From assembly GCA_023246655.1 (NCBI GenBank), contig JAHFHX010000005.1:67-64066 (forward strand): a stretch of DNA of 64,000 bases, in the 5' to 3' direction. Below the pieces are notes generated by a model. It ran no database searches, was not told the origin of the DNA, and was given only the letters and a program-made list of their open reading frames with translations. This document shows, piece after piece, positions 22,293-32,390 of the stretch; the first letter of the stretch is position 1, and the number at the start of each line of letters is the position of its first letter. Both the position numbers and the translations under genes were made by a program. Source of the DNA: Candidatus Magasanikiibacteriota bacterium. GTDB lineage: Bacteria > Patescibacteriota > Patescibacteriia > Magasanikbacterales > GWA2-37-8.

Positions 22293-22355
22293 AGATTCAT
22301 GCCGGCTCATGGGGTGACGAACCAGGATTCGTCGTCCTCTCCTTTTTGTCGCTGG

Positions 22356-22796
22356 TTACTCGGTGTCCGGGTAGACCAGGCACGTGGGGTCGTCGAGCGG
22401 GATGAAGGGCAGATGCATGGAATGCACCAGCAATCCTTCCGGTCCGGTCTCGAAGGTGTGAAGTGTGCCGCGCGGCATCCACACGCGCATGCCGGGGACG
22501 AGCTCGTGCTCCATGAGTTCGCCGTTGCGTTCCGCCTTGAACTGGCCGCCGCCGGAGATGATCGAAACGATACGATCGCTCTTCGGGTGCAAGTGGAGCC
22601 GCTCGCCCTCGACGTATCCAGCCGGGAACTTGATGAAAAGTTCCCCAACCAGCCCTTCCCGGATGATCCAGGCCGTCATGTAGCTCTCGTAGTACACCCT
22701 TCCTCTGTTGAGCGACGGAACCGGCAACCGTTCCAAATACTCAATGAAGTTTCCGTTTTCCCACCTGCGGGCGATTTCTTCGCTGAGGTTGGTCAT
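22356..22796 (-). CDS. Cupin-domain protein
   Basis: LHLHP.SDR and MPRGTLHTF cupin motifs; GC-rich; SD GGAGG. Confidence 0.8.
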   Translation of the reverse strand: MTNLSEEIARRWENGNFIEYLERLPVPSLNRGRVYYESYMTAWIIREGLVGELFIKFPAGYVEGERLHLHPKSDRIVSIISGGGQFKAERNGELMEHELVPGMRVWMPRGTLHTFETGPEGLLVHSMHLPFIPLDDPTCLVYPDTE

Positions 22797-22804
22797 GCTA
22801 CCTC

Positions 22805-23176
22805 CTACCGGTAAGGGTGATCTTTCAATTCAGGCGGTGACGTCGGCGGCCTGAATTTTTTTTCCAACCACCTTCGCCAGGGCCCGTGATAATGATCCCC
22901 TGAAGCACTAGGGAATCTCACGTTAAGTAGAGCCATATAAAGGAACAGAAAACCAATAACTAAAATTAAGAAAGACAGGCTCTTAATCCCCTCGGGGAAC
23001 CAAGGCTGGTGGGTCGCCCATGCCAAAAGATTTAGCGGGACTCCCACTTCCAAAATAAAAATAAAGATGTCGGCGAAGCCCTTGTGGTTGGCCCAGACAT
23101 AGGCCGCCACCGGTATAAGCTTGATACAACACACGAAGATGATGCTCCGCGCGATACTACGAATGCGTTCGCTCAT
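22805..23176 (-). CDS. Hypothetical membrane protein (about 3 TM)
   Basis: SD AAGGAG before ATG 23176; hydrophobic segments. Confidence 0.65.
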   Translation of the reverse strand: MSERIRSIARSIIFVCCIKLIPVAAYVWANHKGFADIFIFILEVGVPLNLLAWATHQPWFPEGIKSLSFLILVIGFLFLYMALLNVRFPSASGDHYHGPWRRWLEKKFRPPTSPPELKDHPYR

Positions 23177-23386
23177 GGCTGTCTCCTTGTTTTGGTTCGT
23201 TTGAACACTACACCATACTACATTTTTTGTCAATACTTTTCTACATAATCTTATCCACAGATAGAGTAAAAATTATAGCATTATTCACATTATTTTAGCT
23301 AAATTATAAGTACTTGACAAAATACCAGCATTATTATAAAATAAAAATGTAGTAATTTTTCTACAACATTTATTTAAAAAACAACT

Positions 23387-24118
23387 ATGATCACCGCCCC
23401 ACAATTAGAAGAATTTGGGCTTAGCTTAAAGGAAGCTCAGGTCTATTTAGCCTCCCTGCAATTAGGCCCGGCGAGCGTGCAAGCTCTCGCGGAGCAGGCG
23501 GCCATTCACCGCGTTTCTACCTACGATATTATCCAATCGTTAATCGAAAAGGGGTTTGTTCACCAAACCGCTCAAGGCAAAAAACGGCATTTAGAAGCAG
23601 TCGCGCCCGACAAGGTACTGCTCTCGCTCCGCGCCAAGGAAACGTCGTTTCTTAATTTGCTCCCGGAATTAAAGGCCATTGCCTGTAAAGGCGCCAGCAA
23701 GCCCAAGGTTATGTATTTTGAGGGCAGAGACACCGTGTGGAAAGCGTATCTCGATAGAATTAGGCACGACACCAGTGATAAGGAAAATTTGGTGTATGGC
23801 ACGTCCACGGAATTATTAACCACCTACCCCAAAGAATACGAACAATTCACCAAAGAACGATTGGCGCGGGGCATCAAAGCCAGAATCATCGTGGAAAAAT
23901 CAGCCTACGGCATGGTAGAAGCCAAACGCGCCAAAGACGAACTACGCGAAGTAAAATTTTTGCCCGAAGGTAAAAAATTTAAAACCCACACCGTTATCTA
24001 CGGCAATCGCGTTATGACCGTATCGTGGGAGAGCATGATTTTGGTAATTATTGAAGATCAAGCGAATGCAGATAATCAACGTTTAGTTTGGGAGATGTTG
24101 TGGAATAGTTTGAAATAG
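23387..24118 (+). CDS. TrmB-family transcriptional regulator
   Basis: LEEFGLSLKEAQVYLASLQLG wHTH; C-terminal PLD-like effector domain (IYGNRV). Confidence 0.88.
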   Translation: MITAPQLEEFGLSLKEAQVYLASLQLGPASVQALAEQAAIHRVSTYDIIQSLIEKGFVHQTAQGKKRHLEAVAPDKVLLSLRAKETSFLNLLPELKAIACKGASKPKVMYFEGRDTVWKAYLDRIRHDTSDKENLVYGTSTELLTTYPKEYEQFTKERLARGIKARIIVEKSAYGMVEAKRAKDELREVKFLPEGKKFKTHTVIYGNRVMTVSWESMILVIIEDQANADNQRLVWEMLWNSLK

Positions 24119-24158
24119 TTATTTTCGCTTGCCTTTTTGGCTGAATTTGTTAGAATGG

Positions 24159-24264
24159 AACACAGATTACACAGATTGACGACGAGGATTACGCAGATGT
24201 GATCCGTCAATTACCTCCGTCTTCACAATCTGTGTAGCTTACTTTAATCAGCGTAATCTGTGTT
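24159..24264. repeat. Empty ACAGATT/AATCTGT hairpin ending immediately before ATG 24265
   Basis: aacacagattacacagatt...aatctgtgtag...aatcagcgtaatctgtgtt-ATG. Confidence 0.8.
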
Positions 24265-25371
24265 ATGAACAAAAAAATTCTCTCCGAACTCTCCCCCGGT
24301 CTGCGCAAACTCATTGTTACCGACACCACTTCCAAAACCAATCGCATCGCCGGCATCCACGCGCATACTTCCAAAGCCAAAAGCCCAGTTTCCACATATG
24401 CCATGGAAACATTACAACACCTTAACGGCGGTTCCACACTCAACGCCGCACTTTGGCTTAAGGAACATCTCGATAATGGCGGCAAGCTCGTGGTTACGCT
24501 CGCGGGTGCTTTGAGTTCGTTCCAAATTGGTGTTATGCTTGCGGAACTCATTCGCCAAGGCAAAGTTCATCTCATCTCGGCAACGGGCGCTAACCACGAA
24601 GAATCGTATTACCGCTACGTCGCGCACTCCCATTACGCCTACATTCCCCGCTACACCGAGCTCACTCCCGAGCAAGAAGCCGAACTGCGCGACGCGGGCC
24701 TCCGCCGCATCACTGATACTTTTCTCCCCGAAGATGAATCCGTCCGCATCATGGAGCCGCACCTCCTTAAAATGTGGAAGGAAGCCGAAAAAAAAGGCAA
24801 GCGCTATTTCCCCCACGAATATTTCCGTCGCCTCTTCTCCGAAGGTCTTATTAAGCCCGACAAAGGCGCCAACCCAGCCGACTGCTGGACGTACGAAGCG
24901 TACAAAAAAAATGTTCCCACTGTCATCCCGGGCTTTGAAGACTCCACCATGGGAAATATCTTCGCGAGCTACGTCTACAATGGCCCGCATAAAAAGAAAG
25001 AGGATACGAGCGTCAGTGGTAGTGTGATGAAAACCGGCCTAGAATATTTTGGCTTTCTCTACGATTGGTATCAAGCTGAATCAGCCAATGCCCCGATTGC
25101 ATTTCTCCAACTCGGTGGTGGCATTGCCGCTGATTTCCCCATCTGCGTGGTTCCATCTCTCAAACATGATCTTAAATTAAAAAAAGTTCGTGACTGGGCT
25201 GGGTTTATTGAAATCGGCTCCAGCCCCATGTCCTACGGTTCCTACTCTGGCGCCGGCGGCAAAGAAAAAATTACGTGGGATAAGTTATCCACGAAGAGTT
25301 ATTACCAGATTATTCAGAGTGATGTGACTGTAGCGTTTCCGTGGATTGCGGCGGTGTTACTTGGGCTATAG
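24265..25371 (+). CDS. Deoxyhypusine synthase-like protein (probable homospermidine/aminobutyl-transfer enzyme)
   Basis: TLAGALS, TGANHEE, GGGIAADFPIC, SYGSYSGA..KEKITWDK (catalytic Lys region). Confidence 0.88.
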   Translation: MNKKILSELSPGLRKLIVTDTTSKTNRIAGIHAHTSKAKSPVSTYAMETLQHLNGGSTLNAALWLKEHLDNGGKLVVTLAGALSSFQIGVMLAELIRQGKVHLISATGANHEESYYRYVAHSHYAYIPRYTELTPEQEAELRDAGLRRITDTFLPEDESVRIMEPHLLKMWKEAEKKGKRYFPHEYFRRLFSEGLIKPDKGANPADCWTYEAYKKNVPTVIPGFEDSTMGNIFASYVYNGPHKKKEDTSVSGSVMKTGLEYFGFLYDWYQAESANAPIAFLQLGGGIAADFPICVVPSLKHDLKLKKVRDWAGFIEIGSSPMSYGSYSGAGGKEKITWDKLSTKSYYQIIQSDVTVAFPWIAAVLLGL

Positions 25372-25595
25372 AAGCGGATAAGCGCGGAGGCAACAACCCC
25401 CCCGAGGGGGGGGCTACGGGGTGTCACAATTCCCCGCCCAAGCGGGGAATCCAGTGAGCGAATTGTTGATATGATTGAGCGACGGACAAAATGAACGAAT
25501 TGTTACGCAAAGGACTTGCGCTCTCCTGTTTCCCTCGAGAGAGGGATGATAACGCGAATTTGCGAACTCAAACCTCATAATTTCTTATATAAAAT

Positions 25596-25991
25596 ATGCT
25601 CCTAGTAAAAACAAAAATCGGACCCAGTAAAATTCAAGGCTCCGGACTTTTTGCTGCGGAGTTTATCTCTAAAGGCACACTAATTTGGAAGTTCGCGCCT
25701 GGTTTTGATATGGCAATTGACAAAACTGAAGTAGAAAAGTTACCAGAAATTGCTCGAAAAACTTTTTTAAGATATGCACCGCTCCACCCGATAATGAAAA
25801 AATACATACTATCGTTTGATGATGCTCGTTTTTTCAACCATTCAGAAAATCCAAATGTGGAAAGCACCTGGCCAAATGGCTCTGAGGCAACCGATGTGGC
25901 TGTAGCAGCGCGAGATATTGAAGAAGGGGAGGAGCTAACGGAGAATTATAAAGAGTATGATGCAACTTTTGATTATAAAATGAAGAATTAA
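25596..25991 (+). CDS. SET-domain protein (putative methyltransferase)
   Basis: GSGLFA...I.KG, RFFNHSENPN, ARDIEEGEELTENY. Confidence 0.92.
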   Translation: MLLVKTKIGPSKIQGSGLFAAEFISKGTLIWKFAPGFDMAIDKTEVEKLPEIARKTFLRYAPLHPIMKKYILSFDDARFFNHSENPNVESTWPNGSEATDVAVAARDIEEGEELTENYKEYDATFDYKMKN

Positions 25992-25994
25992 TTT

Positions 25995-26846
25995 ATGTCA
26001 AAAAATGTCACCCTCGGCCTCATTCAAATGCAGTGTAGTACCGACCCTAAGGAAAATTTAGTCAAAGGTCTCAAAAAGGCAGAAGAGTGCATCGCCAAAG
26101 GCGCACAAATTGTAGTCTTGCCAGAACTTTTTTTGTCGCACTATTTTTGCCAAGGGCCAAAGGATAAAAAATATTTTGATCTGGCGGGGCCAATCCCTGG
26201 CCCGACCACCGCAGCCTTCGGCGAATTGGCAAAGAAAAATAAGGTGGTAGTAGTCTGTTCATTATTTGAAAAATCCCAAGCAGGAAAATTTTTTAACACG
26301 ATCGCTGTAATCGGAGTAAATGGAGAGGTAATGGGTACGTATCGAAAAATACACATCCCGTCGCTGCCACCAGATTTTTACGCCGAGAATTATTATTTTG
26401 AACCGGGTTCAGAAACCAAAGTGTTTAAAACACCGTATGCCACAATCGGCACGTTAATTTGCTACGACCAATGGTTTCCCGAGGTGGCCCGGATGGCAAC
26501 CGTACAGGGCGCACAGATTTTATTGTATCCAACCGCCATTGGATGGACCCCCGCCCAGCTTAGTTCCCGGGGCCCAGCGGAGTATGAAGCTTGGCAAATA
26601 ACACAACGAAGCCACGGCATTGATAACAATGTGTTTGTGGCGGCCGTGAATAGGGTTGGACAAGAAAAAGATCTCAAGTTTTGGGGAACGTCGTTCGTGA
26701 GTGACCCGTATGGGCAAGTTTTGGTAAAAGCCTCTCTTGACAAAGAAGAAAACATTATTATTACCATTGATCTTGGTGTCATTGACGAAATGCGTCGGGA
26801 ATGGCCGTTTTTGGATGAGCGGCGGATTAAAGTGGAAAACGCCTAA
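25995..26846 (+). CDS. aguB: N-carbamoylputrescine amidase (carbon-nitrogen hydrolase)
   Basis: LPELF, YRKIHIP, ICYDQWFPE, PTAIGW; adjacent to agmatine deiminase. Confidence 0.88.
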   Translation: MSKNVTLGLIQMQCSTDPKENLVKGLKKAEECIAKGAQIVVLPELFLSHYFCQGPKDKKYFDLAGPIPGPTTAAFGELAKKNKVVVVCSLFEKSQAGKFFNTIAVIGVNGEVMGTYRKIHIPSLPPDFYAENYYFEPGSETKVFKTPYATIGTLICYDQWFPEVARMATVQGAQILLYPTAIGWTPAQLSSRGPAEYEAWQITQRSHGIDNNVFVAAVNRVGQEKDLKFWGTSFVSDPYGQVLVKASLDKEENIIITIDLGVIDEMRREWPFLDERRIKVENA

Positions 26847-26851
26847 CGTAT

Positions 26852-27862
26852 ATGTTTTATCAAATGCCCGCCGAATGGGAACCGCACGAAGCCACCTGGC
26901 TCGCCTGGCCGCACCTCAAAAGTCACTGGCCTGGAAAATTTGAACCAATTCCGTACGTCTACGCCGAAATTATTCGCGCCCTCTCTGGCAGTGAAATGGT
27001 ATACTTGTGCGTGAATGATAAAAAAATGGAAGCTGAAGCGCGTGCAATTCTCAAGGAAAAAGCAGTACCAACCGATCATGTAAAATTTTTTTACATCCCC
27101 ACCAACGCCTCCTGGAGCCGCGACCACGGCCCTATTTTTGTTAGAAATGAAAAAGGGAAACGGATCATTTCCGATTGGGATTACAACGCATGGGGCGGTC
27201 AGTGGGAATACGACCTTGATGATGTCGTACCACAAAAAATCGGCAAACTCCTCAACATCCCGGTTATACAAACCCACCGCGTACTCGAAGGCGGGTCAAT
27301 CGATGTGAACGGGAAAGGCTCCCTTCTTACTACCACACAATGTCTCCTCAACAAAAACCGCAACCCGGACGCGAATCAACAAGATATTGAAAACTTTCTC
27401 AAAGAATTTTTAGGCGCGACCAATATTCTCTGGCTCAAAGATGGCGTCGCTGGCGATGATACCAGCGGCCACATTGATGATTTTGCCCGGTTTGTGAATG
27501 AAACAACGGTTGTCTGCGGGCTCGAGAAAGGCAAAAATGACGAAAATTACCAAGCGCTCAAAAATAATTTTGAAGCACTTCAAACCATGAAAGATCAAGA
27601 CGGTAAGGAACTCACGGTTATTGCTATGCCTATGCCCTCTCCCGTAGTTTACGAAAATCGCCGGCTCCCGGCCAGCTATGCCAATTTTTATATCAGTACC
27701 AAAGCAGTCTTAGTCCCCACGTTCCGCTGCCCAGAGGATGAAAAAGCGTTCGAGACTCTTGGACCGTATTTTCCAGACAGAAAAATAATCGGAGTTGACT
27801 GTACTGATCTGGTGTGGGGGCTGGGGACGATTCATTGTTCAACCCAACAGATGCCGAGATAA
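26852..27862 (+). CDS. aguA: Agmatine deiminase
   Basis: MPAEWEPH, WSRDHGP, LEGGSI, DDTSGHID, GTIHCSTQQ. Confidence 0.95.
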   Translation: MFYQMPAEWEPHEATWLAWPHLKSHWPGKFEPIPYVYAEIIRALSGSEMVYLCVNDKKMEAEARAILKEKAVPTDHVKFFYIPTNASWSRDHGPIFVRNEKGKRIISDWDYNAWGGQWEYDLDDVVPQKIGKLLNIPVIQTHRVLEGGSIDVNGKGSLLTTTQCLLNKNRNPDANQQDIENFLKEFLGATNILWLKDGVAGDDTSGHIDDFARFVNETTVVCGLEKGKNDENYQALKNNFEALQTMKDQDGKELTVIAMPMPSPVVYENRRLPASYANFYISTKAVLVPTFRCPEDEKAFETLGPYFPDRKIIGVDCTDLVWGLGTIHCSTQQMPR

Positions 27863-27890
27863 TTTAAGCAAAATTACAAAATCCGAGTTT

Positions 27891-28172
27891 TTAGCTCGGA
27901 TTTTGTAATTCTCGTGGGGCCATGTATTGCCATAAAAATACATCTAGTGAATCAGCAGTTACGGTCTGTTTTTCACCAGTTTCAGTATTTTCACAGTGAA
28001 TAGTCACTTCTACTTTTTGCTCGTTATTATATCCAAAATTTAGAATTTCTCCGCGTTCCCATTTTCCACTTTTTCGTTTGACCCATATGCGGCCACGCTC
28101 CTTTAGGCGCTCTACTGCTTCTAACATTTTATCTCCAGCGTATGGCCTAGCAGCATCTAGTGGTTTCTCCAT
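27891..28172 (-). CDS. Hypothetical protein
   Basis: 93-aa ATG ORF. Confidence 0.6.
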   Translation of the reverse strand: MEKPLDAARPYAGDKMLEAVERLKERGRIWVKRKSGKWERGEILNFGYNNEQKVEVTIHCENTETGEKQTVTADSLDVFLWQYMAPRELQNPS

Positions 28173-28190
28173 AAGTAAATTACTAGGTAA

Positions 28191-29180
28191 TTAAATTATT
28201 TTTTGTGGTTTTATTTTTTTAAATCTCCTTATAAATCCCTGTACACCGTTTTGATCCATCATCCCGGCCTGTGGCCCGTGTTGTTGCACCACATTACACG
28301 CATTGGCCGTGCCCCATTCGAGCGCATGGGGGATATCGTGTCCAAAATGCCTGGCCGCGATGTAAGCTGAAGAAAATGCGTCCCCAGCGCCGGTTTTCGC
28401 TACTACTTCAACAGGGTACGGATCCAAGTGCCATAATTCGTCTCTGTCACCCGCCCAGGCACCTCGTTTGGCGTCTGTCAGTGCGACTTCTCTAACCCCC
28501 ATCCCTAAAAGTTCGTGAATCACTGCCGTAATACTTTTTTCTTCTTCCTCCGTCCGCCCTAAAATTTTTTCGGCTTCTTCTTTATTAACGATCAAGAGAT
28601 CCGCTCGGCGTACCACATCACGTAAGGTCGTCAAAGCGTATTTAAGCAGGTACGAACCAGGGTTGATCGCCAATTTAATCGTCGGGTGGTCCATTAAAAG
28701 TTTTATAAGAGCCGTCTGTACTGTATCGTGGCCTTCACTTAGTCCCGTGTAATAAATCCATTCAGTCGCCGGAAAGGGTTGCGGCCATTGGTAGTTTTTT
28801 TTGTCAGTGTAGGACAATATTGTCCGTTCCTGTTTGTAATTTAAAATTATGGAATACCGAGTTTTGGCATCCTTATCAAACGTAATATAATCAGTATTTA
28901 CGTTCTGTTTTTTAAGTTCCTCAATCGCACTTTGTCCATTCATATCACCACCGACGGTGCTCACGACCGCCGTAGTCAGCCCAAGTTTTTGCGCTCCCAC
29001 CGCGACATTGGGCGCGTTACCACCCAGAGCTTGGAAACTATCAACAATCGGAATTTTAGCGCCATAATCCAGGCATAGTTCCATCTCCTTAAGTTCGGCA
29101 ACCTGACATTCCGCGCAGGAATCATCAATTTGAATGTGAGTATCAATGACGGGGTCGCCAATCGCGATTAAGTTATACAT
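28191..29180 (-). CDS. PfkB-family carbohydrate kinase
   Basis: GGNAPNVA, N.EEA, TGAGDAF. Confidence 0.93.
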   Translation of the reverse strand: MYNLIAIGDPVIDTHIQIDDSCAECQVAELKEMELCLDYGAKIPIVDSFQALGGNAPNVAVGAQKLGLTTAVVSTVGGDMNGQSAIEELKKQNVNTDYITFDKDAKTRYSIILNYKQERTILSYTDKKNYQWPQPFPATEWIYYTGLSEGHDTVQTALIKLLMDHPTIKLAINPGSYLLKYALTTLRDVVRRADLLIVNKEEAEKILGRTEEEEKSITAVIHELLGMGVREVALTDAKRGAWAGDRDELWHLDPYPVEVVAKTGAGDAFSSAYIAARHFGHDIPHALEWGTANACNVVQQHGPQAGMMDQNGVQGFIRRFKKIKPQKII

Positions 29181-29182
29181 AT

Positions 29183-29734
29183 ATGTACGAATATACGAAA
29201 TAATACGAACTTACGAACTACGAACACACCATGCATGATGTGCTAATTTAGAAACAAAATACTTACGAACTACGAACAAATTAATATTCATTAATTACTC
29301 TTTTAATTACAACTCCACGGTAAGTAAAACAGGCGATAATAGCTAATTTTAAGTTGAGCGCGGACAAGTATTGTTTTGTTTGTTCAATGACAGAAGCTGA
29401 AATAAATTCGCCGCGCTTTAATTCTAAAACAATTTTATTTTCAATCAAAAAATCAAGAAAATATTTACCGACAATTTCATTTTCGTACCGGAGAGGTACA
29501 TAAACTTGTTCGCCAAAGATAAGGTGTCTGTATCCTAGCCCAATGCCAACGGCTTTCTGGTAATATTTCTCTTGATGTCCGCCGCCAAGGCGTTTAGAGA
29601 CATCGATTAAAATGCCGTTAATAATAAAACTCAACTCTGGAAATAGTAAATCTTTTTTATTTACTACATATTGTTTCCCTCCACCAGGCATATTCGTAGT
29701 TCGTAAGTTCGTATTATTTCGTATGTTCGGATAT
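29183..29734. mobile_element. Putative IR-bounded cassette carrying a second GxxExxY gene
   Basis: 29193-29224 is the exact 32-nt reverse complement of 29693-29724 (TACGAA units). Confidence 0.6.
29281..29691 (-). CDS. GxxExxY protein (PD-(D/E)XK fold)
   Basis: LGGGHQEKYYQ, LDFLIENKIVLELK, Q...YL. Confidence 0.92.
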   Translation of the reverse strand: MPGGGKQYVVNKKDLLFPELSFIINGILIDVSKRLGGGHQEKYYQKAVGIGLGYRHLIFGEQVYVPLRYENEIVGKYFLDFLIENKIVLELKRGEFISASVIEQTKQYLSALNLKLAIIACFTYRGVVIKRVINEY

Positions 29735-29738
29735 AGTT

Positions 29739-30047
29739 TTATTCTCGTTCATATTCCTTAACCATGTCAGAGCTGTGCTTGTGTTTCCCTCGTATAATCT
29801 GAATTAATTCTCGTCCTGCAACGAGGAACATCAACCCCATCGCAAACATGACGATCTTGTCATGATGGACTAATGCGTACACAAAGAGCGATGCTGAAGC
29901 CACTACAAAGACCGCGTCCTGACGTTTTTCTGCTTCGAGTAATACGCCATACGCAAGTGCGAGCGCACCCATAAAGCCGACGACGTAGACGGCGAGGTCG
30001 ACGAACGAGGTTGGGAGGTTGGGAAGTAGGTTTTCGAGAGGAATCAT
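29739..30047 (-). CDS. Small membrane protein
   Basis: About 3 TM helices; resembles 30719-30940. Confidence 0.7.
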   Translation of the reverse strand: MIPLENLLPNLPTSFVDLAVYVVGFMGALALAYGVLLEAEKRQDAVFVVASASLFVYALVHHDKIVMFAMGLMFLVAGRELIQIIRGKHKHSSDMVKEYERE

Positions 30048-30717
30048 ATAATATGTTTTAGTAATTTATTAATAGTTCCAGGATTTTTGAGAGTTTCAGT
30101 TCCTGCTATATCAAAAACTTTCCACCAAATATCCATGTAAGGGTAGGAAGCAAGAAAGTCAAAAAATTCTTTATGGTGGCCGGGATGTTCTTTATTAATA
30201 ACGTCGGCAACATAAATCCATTGAACCAAATGCGATAGATCTCCATGGCCGTTTTCGTTCAGATCCTCCAAGTCAATGAATGGCTTTCCTTGAGAAATGA
30301 CTTTTTCTCTCAGGTCTCTTGGACCTCGTATATTCATTTCTGGGGTTACGGTAATAATTTCATCATACCCCAGTTGGGAGGCTCTTTTTTTCAGAATTTT
30401 TAACAAATTTTCACGTCCGGAACCACCACTATTTGCACAGACTTCGACTCCAAGATCCTCTAACCATAGACTAAACCCACTCTTATCCTCCAATCCTCCA
30501 AGGCATTTGAAGCACACGTCGCAAGCGGTCGAATATCGTGAGGGATGTCTCTCCAGACAGTATTTCTGAGATCGGGAATAGGGATTTTTTGTCCTGTCTC
30601 ATGGTCTTCATGATAAGAGCACTTGTCCCACGTTTCTAGTGGTAGTGTTTTAAGCTGTGCCAACAATTTTTGCCAACCCTCGCTTAATTGTGGTTTTTTC
30701 CAAAAGTCAAATCTCAT
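30044..30717 (-). CDS. Hypothetical protein(s): overlapping ORFs 30460-30717 and 30044-30517, possibly one frameshifted gene
   Basis: 58-nt overlap; the downstream ORF has only a GTG start. Confidence 0.4.
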
Positions 30718-30718
30718 A

Positions 30719-30940
30719 TTATTTTTTCTTTATTAACCGCCACTCCCGATACAAATTCGACACAATAAAAACCATCTGCAAAATAATAAAAATTAAATCG
30801 TGTAAATAGATGCTGTAGGCGAGTAAAAAAATTCCCCCAATCGCAAAATTCCAGTCGCGCGGTTTTTCTTTTTTAATGAAAATGCCGTGGGTGATTATGA
30901 GAAGGCCGATGACGCCGAGGAGTTTGAAGAGGTAGGACAT
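30719..30940 (-). CDS. Small membrane protein
   Basis: 73 aa, about 3 TM, GG..LLAYSI...D.IFIILQ. Confidence 0.7.
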   Translation of the reverse strand: MSYLFKLLGVIGLLIITHGIFIKKEKPRDWNFAIGGIFLLAYSIYLHDLIFIILQMVFIVSNLYREWRLIKKK

Positions 30941-30984
30941 AGTGAAGGATTGTAGGCGAGTAGGACGGTAGGATTGTAGAAAAA

Positions 30985-31338
30985 TTAGTTAAAATTATTT
31001 ACCATCTTGTTGAGCATTCTCATTACTTCGTCTAATAAAGTATCGCATTTTTTAAAATCAAGCTGACTACCAAACGGTAAGCGCCTCGTGATTTCTAGTT
31101 GAGTTTCTAATTCCGATCCTGAACCAAAGGCAATGAGTAAAAATTGGCGATATTCCTTTTCACCTCCGCGGCGTCTTCCTTCAGCAATGTTTGACGGTAT
31201 AGAAACGGCAGCGCGTCTCATTTGAGATGCCAAACCATACATTTCTGACTTTGGAAATTTATCCGTTAATTCGTAAATACAAACCACCAACTCCATCGCT
31301 TTCTGCCAAACTATGAGGTCTTTGTATGTATCCCGCAT
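30985..31338 (-). CDS. Four helix bundle protein (23S rRNA-IVP/TIGR02436-like)
   Basis: YKDLIVWQKAM, FPKSEMYGLASQMRRAAVSIPSNIAEG, GS..ELETQL; flanked by GTAGG-unit repeats in inverted orientation. Confidence 0.93.
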   Translation of the reverse strand: MRDTYKDLIVWQKAMELVVCIYELTDKFPKSEMYGLASQMRRAAVSIPSNIAEGRRRGGEKEYRQFLLIAFGSGSELETQLEITRRLPFGSQLDFKKCDTLLDEVMRMLNKMVNNFN

Positions 31339-31431
31339 ATTTATTAGGATGGTAGGTGAGTAGAGTGTGGTAAACAAGTGAAAGACACTACTGCCGTAAT
31401 CACCCTACTTTCCTACCGTCCTACAATCCTA

Positions 31432-32379
31432 TTACTCTTTCCACAGGTTAACGTAACCAATCGCCTCCAACGCCGCCACCACGCCTTGCCCGGCGGCAAT
31501 TGCAATCTGCTTGTGGGGGACATCGGTGACGTCGCCGGCAGCAAAAATCCCGGGGACATTGGTGTGGCATAGTTTATCCGCCACAATCTCTCCGGCTGCA
31601 TTTCGTTCTAAGTTAGTGGCGAATTGCGAATTAGGAATCGCGCCAATATGCACCATCACGCCCTGCACGGGGAGCATATGCTCGGCGCCATCGGGGGTTT
31701 TGTATTTTATTCCCTCAACTTTTGTCTCGCCCATAATTTCGGTGGTCATGGCTTCGTATAGAATGGTCACATTTCTCATTTCCTTTAATTTATCAATAAG
31801 AATTTTATCACCCTTGGGGAAGCCGTCTTGCTTCTCTTGGGTATTAGGATATTTGGTCAGGACGTAAACTTGTTTGGCAATGCCACTCATCATGAGAGCC
31901 GACTCCAGGGCGCTGTTGCCTGCCCCAATCGTCACGGTATCTTTACCTTTGAAGAGTGGTCCATCGCATACCGTGCAGGAGGTAATGCCTTTGCGGTCCA
32001 GTTTCATCTCCCCCGGAATACCAAGTTTTTTAGGGTGAATGCCGGTACCAATAATCACCGTCTTCGTCTCATACGTCTTCTCTTCGCCCACGGCGTTTTT
32101 GGCCTTCACAAGGTGATAATTTTTGGTCGGCACGATTTCCGTCACCATCCATCCTTCATCAAATTCTACGCCATAGGATAGTGCATGCTCATGAAATTTT
32201 TGCGCCAAATCATACCCTTGGATGCTCTGAATCCCCGGCCAGTTGTTGGTTTCCCCCGACAATGCCACTTCGCCACCGATGTTATCAGTCACGACTTTAA
32301 AATTAAGTTTTCGCCGCGCCGCGTACACGGCCGCACTACAGCCCACAGCTGCTCCTCCGATGATGATAAGATCAAACAT
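31432..32379 (-). CDS. Thioredoxin reductase-like FAD oxidoreductase
   Basis: IIGGAAVG, SCTVCDG CxxC, GAGNSALE, GIFAAGD. Confidence 0.92.
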   Translation of the reverse strand: MFDLIIIGGAAVGCSAAVYAARRKLNFKVVTDNIGGEVALSGETNNWPGIQSIQGYDLAQKFHEHALSYGVEFDEGWMVTEIVPTKNYHLVKAKNAVGEEKTYETKTVIIGTGIHPKKLGIPGEMKLDRKGITSCTVCDGPLFKGKDTVTIGAGNSALESALMMSGIAKQVYVLTKYPNTQEKQDGFPKGDKILIDKLKEMRNVTILYEAMTTEIMGETKVEGIKYKTPDGAEHMLPVQGVMVHIGAIPNSQFATNLERNAAGEIVADKLCHTNVPGIFAAGDVTDVPHKQIAIAAGQGVVAALEAIGYVNLWKE

Positions 32380-32390
32380 AATATAAAATA

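Noticed and set aside
29183-29280. TACGAA repeats (also 61655-61765 and 63361-63440) as a CRISPR array
   Set aside because: Units are 6-9 nt with no unique 25-45 nt spacers, they occur in inverted arms, and no cas genes are present.
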